Part shown: positions 49,965 to 62,184 of the stretch, piece after piece | Position numbering within the stretch: position 1 is the first letter of the stretch | Layout of the letters: each line of letters begins with the position of its first letter | DNA from: Microthyrium microscopicum | Lineage: Eukaryota | Assembly: GCA_010405405.1 (NCBI GenBank) | Contig: MU004235.1 | Span: forward strand, 1,440,538 to 1,504,537 | DNA length: 64,000 bases | Direction of reading: 5' to 3' | Translations under genes and position numbers: made by a program | The notes under the pieces: generated by a model | What the model saw: the letters and a program-made list of their open reading frames with translations, nothing else | Database searches by the model: none | Told to the model about the DNA's origin: nothing

Positions 49965-50876
49965 GGGAGCGTTGGCAACGCAGACTCCCGTTTCGGGCAC
50001 TCGCCCCTCAGGCTGGGTCGGCTAGCCCACCGTCAACGATCGCGCACCAGTGAGGAAACCAAGAGCGCGAAGGTCAGAAGAAGCAGTCGATGATACTTTC
50101 AATGGGAATAGCAAAGTGAAAAGAGCAGGATAGTGTGGTGGATTTGTGGATAGGAGAATGTGAGAAGTGTGAGGAGTTGAAGTGCAATTACAGATGTCGT
50201 TGAGGTTAGGGTAATCTCAGCACTCGACAGACACTAGCACACGTGGTGATTGGCTGAAGGGTGCATTTACTAGGAATAGCTAGCGCATTGAGATTAATCC
50301 AATTTGGTTTAGACTTTGGAGACAATTGATCTTGCCCATTTTTATATTTCTCTCGCCTTCTTTGTCTAGCTTCTAGAGAAGAGTGAAATGAATCCTACGA
50401 AACGCCAAAGGCCAGGCGAACAGCGAACGCAGACATCAACTTTCATCTTCAAAAACACGTGAAACAATCGCGTCGCTGCTCTGGAATGTTTGACAGCTGC
50501 AGCCAATGCATGAACAGTGTAGCCCCCTCTTAGAGTAGCTCTATCAATTCAATGCTCTTTTGTCTCTGAGAGATTGCTCCATATCTTGTTACCAACCACC
50601 AAACCTTCCATCGTGACTGCCTACACACTGCATGTGGTATTGTGAAGGGTATCGATCGCTCCTTCCCCCCTTCTCGATATCAACAGCAATCGCGATCCAC
50701 TTACTCCTGTATCAGATAGCTCTACTGCTCGCAAACCATCAACAATCTTCATACTCGCTCTGCCAACAAGGCAAAAATGAGCATTCTCCCTTCCTCGCAA
50801 CCGCGCCTCCAACTATTCATCACACCAATTACTGCCACAAAAGCCTCATAGTCCTTTCGGGCCTTAAACCGTCACA

Positions 50877-53798
50877 ATGGCCCAACAAGCCAATCCTCAC
50901 ACCCTCTCCGTCCCGCCCGCCGGACCATCTATCCACCGTGTCTCCACCGATGACGATGATAGCGACATTGACGGTGCCTCACACGGTTCCTCCAACAGAG
51001 AGCATCGCCGCCTCATAAGAAACACTAGCGGTCCAAACTCGCGGACTCAGACCACAAAGCCTCGAGGAGGAGCAGATCAACCATCAAAGAAAAGCAGATA
51101 CCCAGCCTGGTGGCCACGGTGGTTACGACTTAGCAAGTTCGTCTGCTACCTCTTCGCGCTGTTCGTCGGCTGCGTGGTACTGCTGATTGGACTGAATCTA
51201 TTCTTTTTCTGGCGCGCACCACCGGATGGTCAGAGTCCGGCGTTTTATCCTTCGCCGAAAGGTGGCTCTGCGAGAGAATGGGCGGATAGCTATGCAAAAG
51301 CTGCAAAGATGGTGCGGCAGATGACGCTTCCGGAGAAGGTCAACGTGACGACGGGAATTGGCTGGATGATGGGAATGTGTGTGGGCAATACTGGGCCGGT
51401 GGAACGGTTAGGATTTCCGAGCTTATGTTTGCAAGATGGTCCGCTGGGTATTCGATTTGCAGACAACATTACGGCATTTCCGGCTGGGATTACTGTTGGC
51501 GCGACGTGGAATCGCGAGCTGATGTATGAGCGTGGAAAGGCACATGGACTGGAAGCCAAGTTGAAGGGCGTGAATGTTCTTCTGGGACCATGCATGGGCC
51601 CTGTCGGAAGGTCACCGCTGGGCGGCAGGAATTGGGAAGGTTTTGGCTCAGATCCAGTGCTGCAAGGCATAGCTTCGGCAGAAACGATCAAGGGGATTCA
51701 ATCACAAGGTGTCATTGCAACGGCGAAGCATTGGGTGGGCAACGAGCAGGAGCATTTTCGGCAGTCGAATGAGTGGTTGACGCCAAATGCGATTTCATCC
51801 AATATCGACGATCGAACTCTGCACGAACTTTATGCGTGGCCTTTTCAGGACAGTGTAAAAGCTGGAGTGGGATCCGTCATGTGCTCATACAATCAAGTCA
51901 ACAATTCCTACGCTTGTCAAAACAGCAAACTGATGAACGGAGTGCTTAAAGACGAGTTCGGATTCCAAGGATTCATCCAGTCTGACTGGCTTGCTCAAAG
52001 AAGTGGTGTTTCAAGCACTCTAGCCGGACTTGATGTCACTATGCCTGGAGATGGTCTATGGTGGGCAGATGGAAAAACTCTCTGGGGGCCTTCCTTAACC
52101 ACTTCTATTCTTAACGGATCCGTACCAATGGACCGACTTGATGATATGGCTACGCGTGTCGTCGCTGCTTGGTATCAAATGGGTCAAGACACTGACCCCA
52201 AGCTGAAAGATGGACCCAATTTTTCATCTTGGACAAATCAAACCATTGGGCTTATTCATGCTGGTAGCGATGATCAGACCAAAGGCGTTGTCAATAAGTT
52301 TGTCAATGTCCAAGGAGAGGGCGTGACTTTCCACTCTACAGTCGCAAGGAATGTGGCAATTGAAGGCATTGTCTTGTTGAAAAATACAGACAACTTTCTA
52401 CCATTAAATCGCAATGGAACTTCCCAGGCCTCGACTACCAATACCACGGCTTCAGGAATCAATGTTGGTATCTTTGGCTCTGACGCTTTTCCTGATCCCA
52501 ATGGACCGAACTCGTGCACGGATCGCGCCTGTATGGACTGGACGATCGGCTCCGGTTGGGGCAGTGGTGCTGTAGAATTCCCATTTTTGGTCTCGCCATA
52601 TGAAGCTCTCCAGCGCTTCTTCAACAATCACTCGACTGTAGAACTATCGACGTTCAAAAGCAACAAGCTCACAGTCGCTGATCTTAAAGACACTGCTGAA
52701 CAGCAGCTATGCCTAGTTTTTGTCATGGCTGACGGAGGCGAAGGCTATCTCGCCGTTGGCGACGTTAAAGCAGACCGAAATGACCTCTTCGTCCAAAAGG
52801 ATGGAGTAGCTCTTCTTGAAAACGTCACAGATAAGTGTGGTGGAGACGTGGTCGTCGTAATCCACGCTGTAGGCCCCGTTTCAATCGAAAGCTTCATCGA
52901 CAAGCCCAAAGTAAAAGCCGTCCTCCTCGCAAATCTCCCAGGCGAAGAATCCGGTAACGCCCTCGCAGACATTCTAGGCGGCACCGAAAACCCCAGCGGC
53001 CGCCTACCATACACCATGGGCAAGTCCCTCGACGACTACGGCCCAGCGGCCAACATCATCCGAATGGTTACGCCCAAACAGCCCATCCCGCAACAAGACT
53101 TTACAGAAGGTCTGCTCATAGACTACCGCCATTTCGACCACTACAACATCACACCACGCTACGAATTCGGCTACGGTCTATCATACACCACCTTCGCCCT
53201 ATCAAACCTAACAATCCACAACTACAAGCTCAAATCCGCTCTCCCAGACCCTCGACCAAACTCCACCGCCAACCCACCAACCTACGACACCAAAATCCCA
53301 TCCATCGACTCCGCCATTTTCCCCTTGACAATCCGCCAACTCAAAAAGTACATCTATCCCTACATCACCGCCTCTGACGCCCGCAAGATCAAACACATCA
53401 CCGTCCGCCAACCACCCGCCACGCCCCTCTCACCAGCCGGCGGCGCACCAGGCGGCAATCCATCCCTCTACGACATCTTCGTCAACGTGACCGCCACAGT
53501 CACCAACACCGGCACCCGCGACGGCAAAGCCGTAGTCCAACTATACATCTCATTACCAACCAATTTCACCGACCCAGAAACCCATGAAACACCCATGTTT
53601 CCAGTCCGCGTGCTCCGAAACTTTACAAAAGTGGCTTTGAAAAAGGGCGAGAACACCACAGTAGACATGGCGTTAACGAGGCGCGATCTGAGCTATTGGA
53701 GTGCAGTGCGCGGGAACTGGGTGATGCCGACAGTGGGTGATATTGGGATTGCAGTTGGGTTTTCGAGTCGGGATTTGCCGCTCAAGGGCGTGTATTAA
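50877..53798 (+). CDS. GH3 beta-glucosidase with N-terminal membrane anchor (BglE-like)
   Basis: 973-aa intronless ORF with LQDGPLGIR, GRNWEGF, AKH, VMCSYNQ, SDW nucleophile motif, Fn3-like C-terminus, and a TM helix near residues 85-110. Confidence 0.96.
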   Translation: MAQQANPHTLSVPPAGPSIHRVSTDDDDSDIDGASHGSSNREHRRLIRNTSGPNSRTQTTKPRGGADQPSKKSRYPAWWPRWLRLSKFVCYLFALFVGCVVLLIGLNLFFFWRAPPDGQSPAFYPSPKGGSAREWADSYAKAAKMVRQMTLPEKVNVTTGIGWMMGMCVGNTGPVERLGFPSLCLQDGPLGIRFADNITAFPAGITVGATWNRELMYERGKAHGLEAKLKGVNVLLGPCMGPVGRSPLGGRNWEGFGSDPVLQGIASAETIKGIQSQGVIATAKHWVGNEQEHFRQSNEWLTPNAISSNIDDRTLHELYAWPFQDSVKAGVGSVMCSYNQVNNSYACQNSKLMNGVLKDEFGFQGFIQSDWLAQRSGVSSTLAGLDVTMPGDGLWWADGKTLWGPSLTTSILNGSVPMDRLDDMATRVVAAWYQMGQDTDPKLKDGPNFSSWTNQTIGLIHAGSDDQTKGVVNKFVNVQGEGVTFHSTVARNVAIEGIVLLKNTDNFLPLNRNGTSQASTTNTTASGINVGIFGSDAFPDPNGPNSCTDRACMDWTIGSGWGSGAVEFPFLVSPYEALQRFFNNHSTVELSTFKSNKLTVADLKDTAEQQLCLVFVMADGGEGYLAVGDVKADRNDLFVQKDGVALLENVTDKCGGDVVVVIHAVGPVSIESFIDKPKVKAVLLANLPGEESGNALADILGGTENPSGRLPYTMGKSLDDYGPAANIIRMVTPKQPIPQQDFTEGLLIDYRHFDHYNITPRYEFGYGLSYTTFALSNLTIHNYKLKSALPDPRPNSTANPPTYDTKIPSIDSAIFPLTIRQLKKYIYPYITASDARKIKHITVRQPPATPLSPAGGAPGGNPSLYDIFVNVTATVTNTGTRDGKAVVQLYISLPTNFTDPETHETPMFPVRVLRNFTKVALKKGENTTVDMALTRRDLSYWSAVRGNWVMPTVGDIGIAVGFSSRDLPLKGVY

Positions 53799-54398
53799 AG
53801 CGTTTTTTCTTGTATTGTTTAGCGGTATTGGCTATGATAGTGCCTGTTGAGAGACGGTGTAGTGTTTTGTATTATAGAATAAGAAAGGAACCTTGAATTT
53901 CTTATTTCATTGAGTTCGGGCTGAGGATTTGACTTGGTAGTAATCTTACTATGGCTAGATCTAGTACTTGGAGTGTCTTACACCATTTCATATAAATCAT
54001 TCATCGTGGTATACATATCATAGCTACTCTAGTCCTATCTGTTAGTGCCAGATATCATCACTATACCACTATCTGATTCATCTCCTCGCCACACAGTCAC
54101 GAACAGCACAAAATCAATCAATGAAATCAGTTATTGCATATCAGTACAACAATACAAATGAACATCGCCATAACCGTTGGTAAGTCTGTCTATCAAGCAG
54201 CAACTCGTAACGACCCAGAACCAATGCAAGTTCGCAATAAAGCACATCCTTTCCCGAATGCTAAAACTTTTGCCCCTAACGCCCTATATGTGTGCCCGAA
54301 GAAAAGAAAAACATGATATGTTACAAGATTTGATAATTCTCCTCTTCGACACGTGGAAAAACGCACAAACACTCGAGCTTCCCATGATAATGCCATGC

Positions 54399-57300
54399 TT
54401 AGACTTCACCATCAACAATGGCCAACCGCTCCTTCATAGTCTTAGCCTTTTTACTAATTCGCTTTTTCTTGCCGGGAGGTGCAGCAGCTTCAATCGGTGT
54501 GGCAGCACCACTAGGTTTGGCACTATCCTCAAAGTGGCCCTCGCCTATCATACTCATTAGCATGCTTGCAGTTGTAGGGGACAAAGACGGTGACTTACCT
54601 TCGTGATACATATCCTCCAGCGTACCAGCAACACCACGCTTCCGCTTCTTGGCTCCAGCTTTCTCCTTCTTGTCTTCGCCGCGGGCAAGAGCTTCTGCTT
54701 CAAGACGTTCGATTTCTTCAGCTTGATCATCATCGGCAAGCCATAATGCGATGTCCTTGGTACGATTTTCGCGACTCCGAGTGTTGAAATCGATACCAGA
54801 CCCGGCGCTCGATTGACCAGAGATGACAACACGCTGAACTTCTTCCTTCTGCAGCGCACGCTTACGGATACGTTCTTCGATTGTGCCGCGCGTAATGAGA
54901 CGGTAGACAGTGACTTGGCGAGTTTGACCAAGACGATGAGCGCGATCCATGGCTTGGCTATCAATGGTAGGATTCCAATCGGAGTCGTAAAAAATAACAG
55001 TGTCAGCGGACGTCAAGTTGATACCTAGACCACCAGCGCGAGTGGATAGCAGGAAGACAAAGATGTCGGGGTTGGACTGGAAGTCTGCGACGGTGTCACG
55101 ACGGTCTTCGAGTTTTGTAGAACCATCGAGGCGGCAGTATTTGTAATTGCGGTAGGTTAGGTACTCTTCCATCAAGTCGATCATGCGGGTCATTTGGAAG
55201 TATAGCAGTACGCGATGACCGCCGGCCTTGAGTTCCTTCAGGAGAGTATCGAGACGGGCTAATTTACCGCAGTCGGAGACGAAGCGGGTCATGCTAGGTA
55301 CGGTGATCTTGGTGTATCGAGCGAGGCGCTGATCGGCTTCTGGAAGCATGTCCACAGCAGCTGGAATGAGGTCGGGATCGAGTTTTTGTTCGACAATGGC
55401 ATCTTCGAATTGCTGTGTGACACCGAACAATGCTGTCTGCATTGGGATGTTGAATAAGCAATCTTGAGTCTCGATGATCGCACCTTGCGAGGAGCAGTCA
55501 AGATGGATTGGTGGAGCAGATGCTTGTGGTCGAGCGGCAGGCTCAAGGTATCCGAGTCCAGATGCTTCGTAGACAGATGTACGCATATCCAGAAGAGCCT
55601 CCAGTTTGCCATTCTTGCCAGCAGCCTTCTCAGAAAGAGAGTTCATGTCTTTTATGTTGAACAATGCATGTACAGGCGTGAACTTATTGTCGTCTTGGCC
55701 ATCGTAGAATGCCCCTATGCGACCAAGATTCCGTGACTTGGACCGAAGATCAACGGCACGCTGAAAGACGTCTTTACCGTAGATGCTGGAAACTTCGCTG
55801 GCCGAAGCATCACAAAATCGCAGCCAAGAAAAGATGCCATCCTCTTTAGCAGATTTGTGAATATATTCAGGACTGAAGATGTTCATCATATGATGAAGCG
55901 TCTTATTCCGCCAACCTGCTTTTTCGTTGTCTGGGCCAGGAATGTCAAGTCGGCCGCCATCTCGATATACGAGGCGAGGAACCGTATACTCGATCTTGTT
56001 TCGCACACTGTACGCGACGTTGACGTTATTTCCTTCGCGCACAAAAGATGCAGTCTCGGCCCAGTAGCTGAAGGAGAACGGCGACGCAGTATCAGCACGC
56101 TCAAAAAGATCTGGATGATTGCAGACTTTTCGGAACTGCATGACCAAGTTCATGAGTGTTGCAGTATCTTGATCGTCTCCAAGCTGTGCCTTTTCAATGA
56201 GATCCATCAAGCTGATACGATTACGCAAGCTGGTGTAGTATGCGCGTTGACGATATGTGAGGTTGCAGAAGACATCCATTTCAATCTTGTCTCCGAGTTC
56301 TTTCTGAACATGCTTCTTGACACGACGCAACATGAACGGCTTGAGAATCATGTGCAGTCGCTTCAGCTGATCTTCATTGAGCTTCGTGTTGCTCTGCGCG
56401 TGGCTTTCAATGTCTTTGGAGAACCATTCGCTGAACTCGTCGTGAGAATCGAAAAGTGTCGGCATAATAAAATGTAGCAAAGCCCAAAGCTCCTGCATGT
56501 TGTTCTGGATTGGTGTACCAGTAAGCAATAGTCGATTACGGCAGTGAAACTGAAGAAGACTTTTCCATCGAGAGCTCTGAGAAGACTTGATAGCTTGAGC
56601 CTCGTCAAGAATCATATATTGCCAAGTCATGCGCTGGAAGTATTGAGCATCTTGAACAACGATTTGATAGGAAGTAACCAGCACGTGGAAATTAGCTTCG
56701 CGTTGATAGGTGATGTGTTTGCGATCCCAGAACTTTCGAAGAACTTTGCGATCCTTTGCAGTTCCCCAGTATGGTAGGACTTTGAATTCAGGAACGAATT
56801 TTGCAATCTCCTGTTGCCAATTGTGAAGAGTTGATGCTGGCGCGACGACCAAGAATGGACCCCAAATGTTGTGCTGTTCGGCCAAATGTGCCATAACAGA
56901 GATAGACTGTACAGTCTTTCCAAGACCCATTTCGTCTGCCAGAATACCGTTGATGCCTTGCTCGTAAAGATTGACAAGCCAGTTGAGACCCTTGAGCTGG
57001 TATTCTTTCAGAGAACAAGACAAAAGCTTTGGTTGAGCAATATCCATGCTTTGCAAACTCGTGGGATTCTGAAAGTTCATCTCGCCATCATCGTCGTCTT
57101 CATCCATGGCAGCTCGATCAAATTCCTTGGCTCGGTCCTTTGCTTCTTGGATGGCATTTTGAGCATTTGCCATGGCAGCATCACGTAGTGCGGTTTCGTC
57201 TTCATCATCAAAATCGAGATCTTCAAAGTTGGTGACTTTCTTCCCAACCTTGGACGGTTCCTCCGGCATGTTGTCATTCTCCGGTTCAGGGATGGTTGTG

Positions 57301-59652
57301 TCCTTGGCAGCAACATCATCGGTAGATCTCTCGAGTTCTTGCGTTTTGACCTTCTTGCCAATGAAATGGGAGTACAACTCGGTTTGAGAGATCAAGAAAT
57401 TGAGCTTGCGGCGTTGACGAGCAGCTTCACGTTCAGCTTCTTCCTTCTTGGCATTCTCAAGTTCCTGTCGTTCTGCCATCTTGCGCTGATCGCGTTCATC
57501 ACGTTCATTGCGTCGCCAGAACGTAGCCATCTCTCGCATACTTCGCTTCGCCCGCGCTTGCACATCTTTTGTGCTCTTGTTGGTACGAAGTTGGAATCGA
57601 CGAGCTTCTTTACCAGCGAGTTGAGCAGTCTTGCGCAAATTGGAAGCTTTGGTGCCAATGGAGTCGTTTCGAATACGGACAACCTTGGCAATATCGCGCT
57701 TTGATATGTCTTTCCAGATTGAGTCGAAGAACTGATTATAAACCTTGGAGGTATACGGCTCTTTGCGAGGCACAGCCGGAGGAGCTGGAGTATCAGGTTC
57801 AGAGTCGAGCTCATTAACCGAGTCTCCATCACGTCCAGGCTTGACCTTTTCCAGCTTCTCCAGACGCGCTGCCTTCTTGGGAGCGATGGCTGGAAGAGTT
57901 TCGCCGCGGTCAATAGCCGCTTGAGCCGCTGCCGCTGCGTCTTTCTCTGCCTGCTTTTGCTCTTTGCTCTTGCGTGGGCGCGTAGTCATTCTACCGCCAC
58001 GGCCACGGCGTGAGTCTTTTTGATCTTCACTAGCTTGGAAAGAGCCCATGATTCCACCCTCCATGTTTGGTCCTTGAGGTGTGACATCCCGAAGTTCCTT
58101 GCTAACAGCAACACCGGAGAGTAATTGAGTTGTGTGGCGAATCTTCTTCTCATGCTTGTTAGCATCGCGGAGAAACTTTTCTTTGTCATCACTATTCTCG
58201 GCTTGGTTAGCACGTTCCAAGGCTTCTTCTCGCTTCTGGGATTCTTGCTGGAGAGCTTTCTCGCGACGTCGCTTGCGTTGCATGTCCTTCTTGCGTTCTT
58301 TTTCTTCCTTGACTTCTTGTGCCTGGACTTCTTTCCATGCAACATGTTCATTTACTCGGAAGTATTCCTCTTCACCACGCTTGGCACATGCTTCGAATAT
58401 CGCAAGAAATCGATGTGAGGTGTAAACGCGTCGACGCTATACTAGTCAGCTTGATCAATGTCATTAAGGGCGTCGCATACCTTTCGATGTTGCTCCTCCT
58501 TTTCTGTCAACTCAGACGCGCGTCGTTTGCCTAGACCTTTGAAATCATCCTTCCAAGTGTCAAGCTCGACTGGGCTTACACCATCGTCGGAATCATCCAG
58601 AGATCTTAGGGCTAATGCCATGTCTTGAGGATCCGGACGATGTTTAGATGAAGTTGTACCATTCGTGGCACCATTCATGTGAACATCAGAATGACCATTA
58701 GCCATTTGCTTCCCTTGTGATTTCGATGGAAAATCTGGTGTGACAGGGCCAGGGGCAATGGCTTGCGAAGATGTAGAGATGGGATCGAGTTTGATGGGAT
58801 GGTGGGATGGTTTTGATGATGACCGACGACGTTCTGCTGACGGAGGCTTGCCATAGGATGGCGAAGGCTCTTCATTATTTCCTGAAATGATGCTTGATAG
58901 GGCCATCGGATCTGCTCGCCGTGGAGGAGTCTTGATGGAATTCAAATTAGTTGATGAAATATTGTAGTTGGGGATTTATTTATGCTTACCTCTTTGGCGG
59001 GTGGCCGAGTGGGTGATGAATAGGCGGGGTTGGAGTACATTGCAGATGGCGGTGGATGAATGGGAGATGGTCGATGGTAGTTTGCCGCGTTGGGAGATTG
59101 GGAAGGTCTTGAGGTTTCGAAGCTCACTGGGGGCCGTGCATCGCCATAACCAACAGGGTCTCGTCGCTGACGTGGGTGGTTAGTAGCAAATCGGGCAAAA
59201 AGGAGTATATAGTGAATTTATTTGTCGGTAATCACTGGAGACAAACTTACCTCTATCGCGGTTGGATCGTATCTGGTGGTGCCTCGAGGCGTTATAGAGC
59301 TATCCCCGAAATCTTGTGTAGGATCATAGTATTTGGAGGGCGTTTCTCGCTGAATGACGGAAGTCAAGGGAGGAAGTCCGTTTGGTGGTGATGCCGGACT
59401 AGGGTGCGAAGGGTTGAAGGAAGGTTGAAGGGTTGGAGGTGGATGGTAATTGTTAAAGCCTTGTTGAGTGGGCGATGGAAGGGAGGCATGGTTCGCACTG
59501 GCGGCAGCATTTGCCAAATGGGTTAAAGCTACAGCGGCATTGTCTCCTGAAGCTGGGTTTGTGGTGTCTAGTCCACTTCGCGACAATCTGCGAGTACCAT
59601 TCCCATCATCCGACTGACGAGGAGAATTTTGTAGCCCCGAGCCGCGATACAT
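54399..59652 (-). CDS. INO80: Chromatin-remodelling ATPase Ino80
   Basis: DBINO region ([15 protein letters not shown]), [15 protein letters not shown], split SNF2 ATPase, [11 protein letters not shown]. Several introns (about 54546-54598, 58442-58480, 58944-58989, and one with its donor near 59250). Confidence 0.97.
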
Positions 59653-62184
59653 GTTTCTGGTGGTTTCTTCCCCAATGCACCTGAGACACGACTACAACGG
59701 GGTATTTACCGTGAATCAGGAATCGTGCGCGAGGAACCCATAGGCAATGTAGAGGTGAATGAATTGAAGATATGAAAGCCTAGATGGCAATGGGTTGAAG
59801 CCTGGTGGTGTCCACTGGTTTCGCGTTTGCGATCCAAGCCAATGAGCTACAGCAATGATGGTGTCGCAAGCGGCGCGCACACGTCTCGATGTATGATAGG
59901 GATTATGTAGGGCGACGATAGAGCAATTCAGACTGATGGGAAGACAGTGTGCGGTTTGTCAAGGGTAAATGAGACGCGTTTTCGGACCAGGCAGGCGGAA
60001 ATGTAGGGTAGTATGTGGTGATGCAGTTGAGATGGACGGTTTGGTGTTGAGAGACAAAGTGTAAATCAATGGGGAAAATGGGTGGTTGAGATGGGAAGAG
60101 ATGAGGGTGATGCGGGAGATGAAAAGACGAGATGGATGATGGGATGAAAGAAGGCAAAGATCAAAGGAGAGATTGAGGAGATTCAGGGAATTATTAGGAA
60201 GGGGACTGGACTTAGTTGGAAGCGGCGACGCAGAAGTGGCAGACACGCAGCTGCCAAAGTTAGGCGTAGGTACTGTAGCATAGCGTATCGGCGTGGAAGG
60301 GGAAGCAGCGACTGAGAAGCGTTGACCCTTGCTCCTTCCTTCTCAACTTCTCCACACTTTTCTCACCACCATAGCCATCATCATCTATTTTATTTTATTT
60401 TGCCTTTTATCCTTCGTTTTGTTGATTTTTGCCTTTTTATTCCATCTCAATACCTCAAGTAAATGTTGCTGGATTTCTTTTGGGCCAGATGGGACAGATT
60501 TGGCGTTCCGGAGGTAGTCAACTCGCATCATCAGTCCTGAGTCGGCCGACCCTATCATCTCCTTCTCTGACTTGTTCAGTCTGCACCCAAAAAGACAAAT
60601 TCAAAACTCCCCAAATTGACCCCTGCTTAACCATTCGTACTTAGGGTTAGGTCTACTACTCTCCACTCGCTTTGGCTTCATCTTTTCCCAATCTGTCCTT
60701 TTCCATCCCTCAAATCCTGCCGGGCTTGAACCTTTGCCACTCATCATCCGCCATCAATCTTCCTTTACGTTCCTAGAATTGTCGTCTTCATTTGATCCTC
60801 ACTGCTTTACCAGTAACGCCACCATTTGAAGTCCTACACAAACAACAAGCTCAGCATTAGGAATTTACCTAGACATGATCACTGATTTCAAATTTGTCTT
60901 TAATGCCAAACATTCCTTCTGATGCTCAATCCTCCCATTACTTAATTATTCCCATCAAGATCGTTTAGTTGGCTTTTCTACAAGATTGGTTGTGGGGGAC
61001 AGATTAAGCTGGCAAGCTCGTAAGCAAAGAATCAAAATGCGTGGCTTCATCTCCCTTTCACGGCGATCGTGCTCAGACCACACTCTGAGATATCCGATTC
61101 TACTGTATCTCTCAATCCCAGTCAGTGCACATTTATATTGACCTATAAACATTGACTAGATAGTCTATTATCTTCACCATTTCCTGGTCCAAATTTCATT
61201 GCGTTACTACTTTAGAAGAGATCTGCATAAATCCAACTTCATTGATGGCAAGCTACAAGGCTGAAATATGTAGAATTGACCAATCACATTGTATATAAGT
61301 CCATACACTTATGCCACATTATCTAGGTTCATAACATTCATAATGGAATGATATTCCATTTGCTCAAATAAGTCCGGAAGAAAGCTCTCAGGTACAATTG
61401 TTTTGTTGCTATCACTTTTCCAGGAATTGTCTCATGAAACAGTCAATATCATGCTCAGCCTGGTAGAAAGCTTTGCTCGCTCCAGGAGGCTGAGCAACAC
61501 CTCAAAAACTTGAGCCACTTTCTTCGCTCAAAGAAATCTCAACACTTTCACTAGTGAACCAATCATGCCTGCGTCCAGGTAGAATATTGGAAGCCACTTC
61601 CTCCGATATGCATGTTGGGGTCCGAAAAGCTGTGGCTGAAGACTGCGGATTTCCATGTAGCTAACCCAGCCGTAGCAGTTTCCCGTCCAGGATATAATAG
61701 GCAACCAAGATGACCGGTCAACTACCATCAACCAGCCAAATACCGTCATATTTTGTTTAAGGTAGCCAAGTCCCCTCATACCCTCCAAACTAGCAAGTCT
61801 GAGCAACAGTCGGTCTTGCCTTCAGTTTGTATTCCTAAAAGGTACTTCCTTTGGCAATCACCACCTATCACTGAAACTGGTGAACCACCTCTTGCTCTCA
61901 ACCTCTGTGACATTTGATCAGCCTAATCCATTTACAGCCTTCTCGGCCATCACCACCGCATAAAACCCTCCGCATCTCTCAGTCCCGCGTCTTCTACACT
62001 TCTTCCACCACCTTGTTACCTTTGCACGAAACTGCAGCGTGTCGTTAACCACCGCCAGTCTTTGCTATTACATATCATTGCATCGCATTACAACACATCA
62101 TAAGCTCGCAACGCTCATCCACGCGCATCGCATTATCCCAACGCAAGTGTTGTCTACAGTACTAGACCACGAGGATCAGGCAAT

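Noticed and set aside
50877..51240. Membrane anchor on a GH3 beta-glucosidase
   Set aside because: Known feature of the BglE-like subgroup, so not novel.
60641..60651. TTAGGGTTAGG telomere-like sequence
   Set aside because: Under two full units; at most a promoter factor site or chance.
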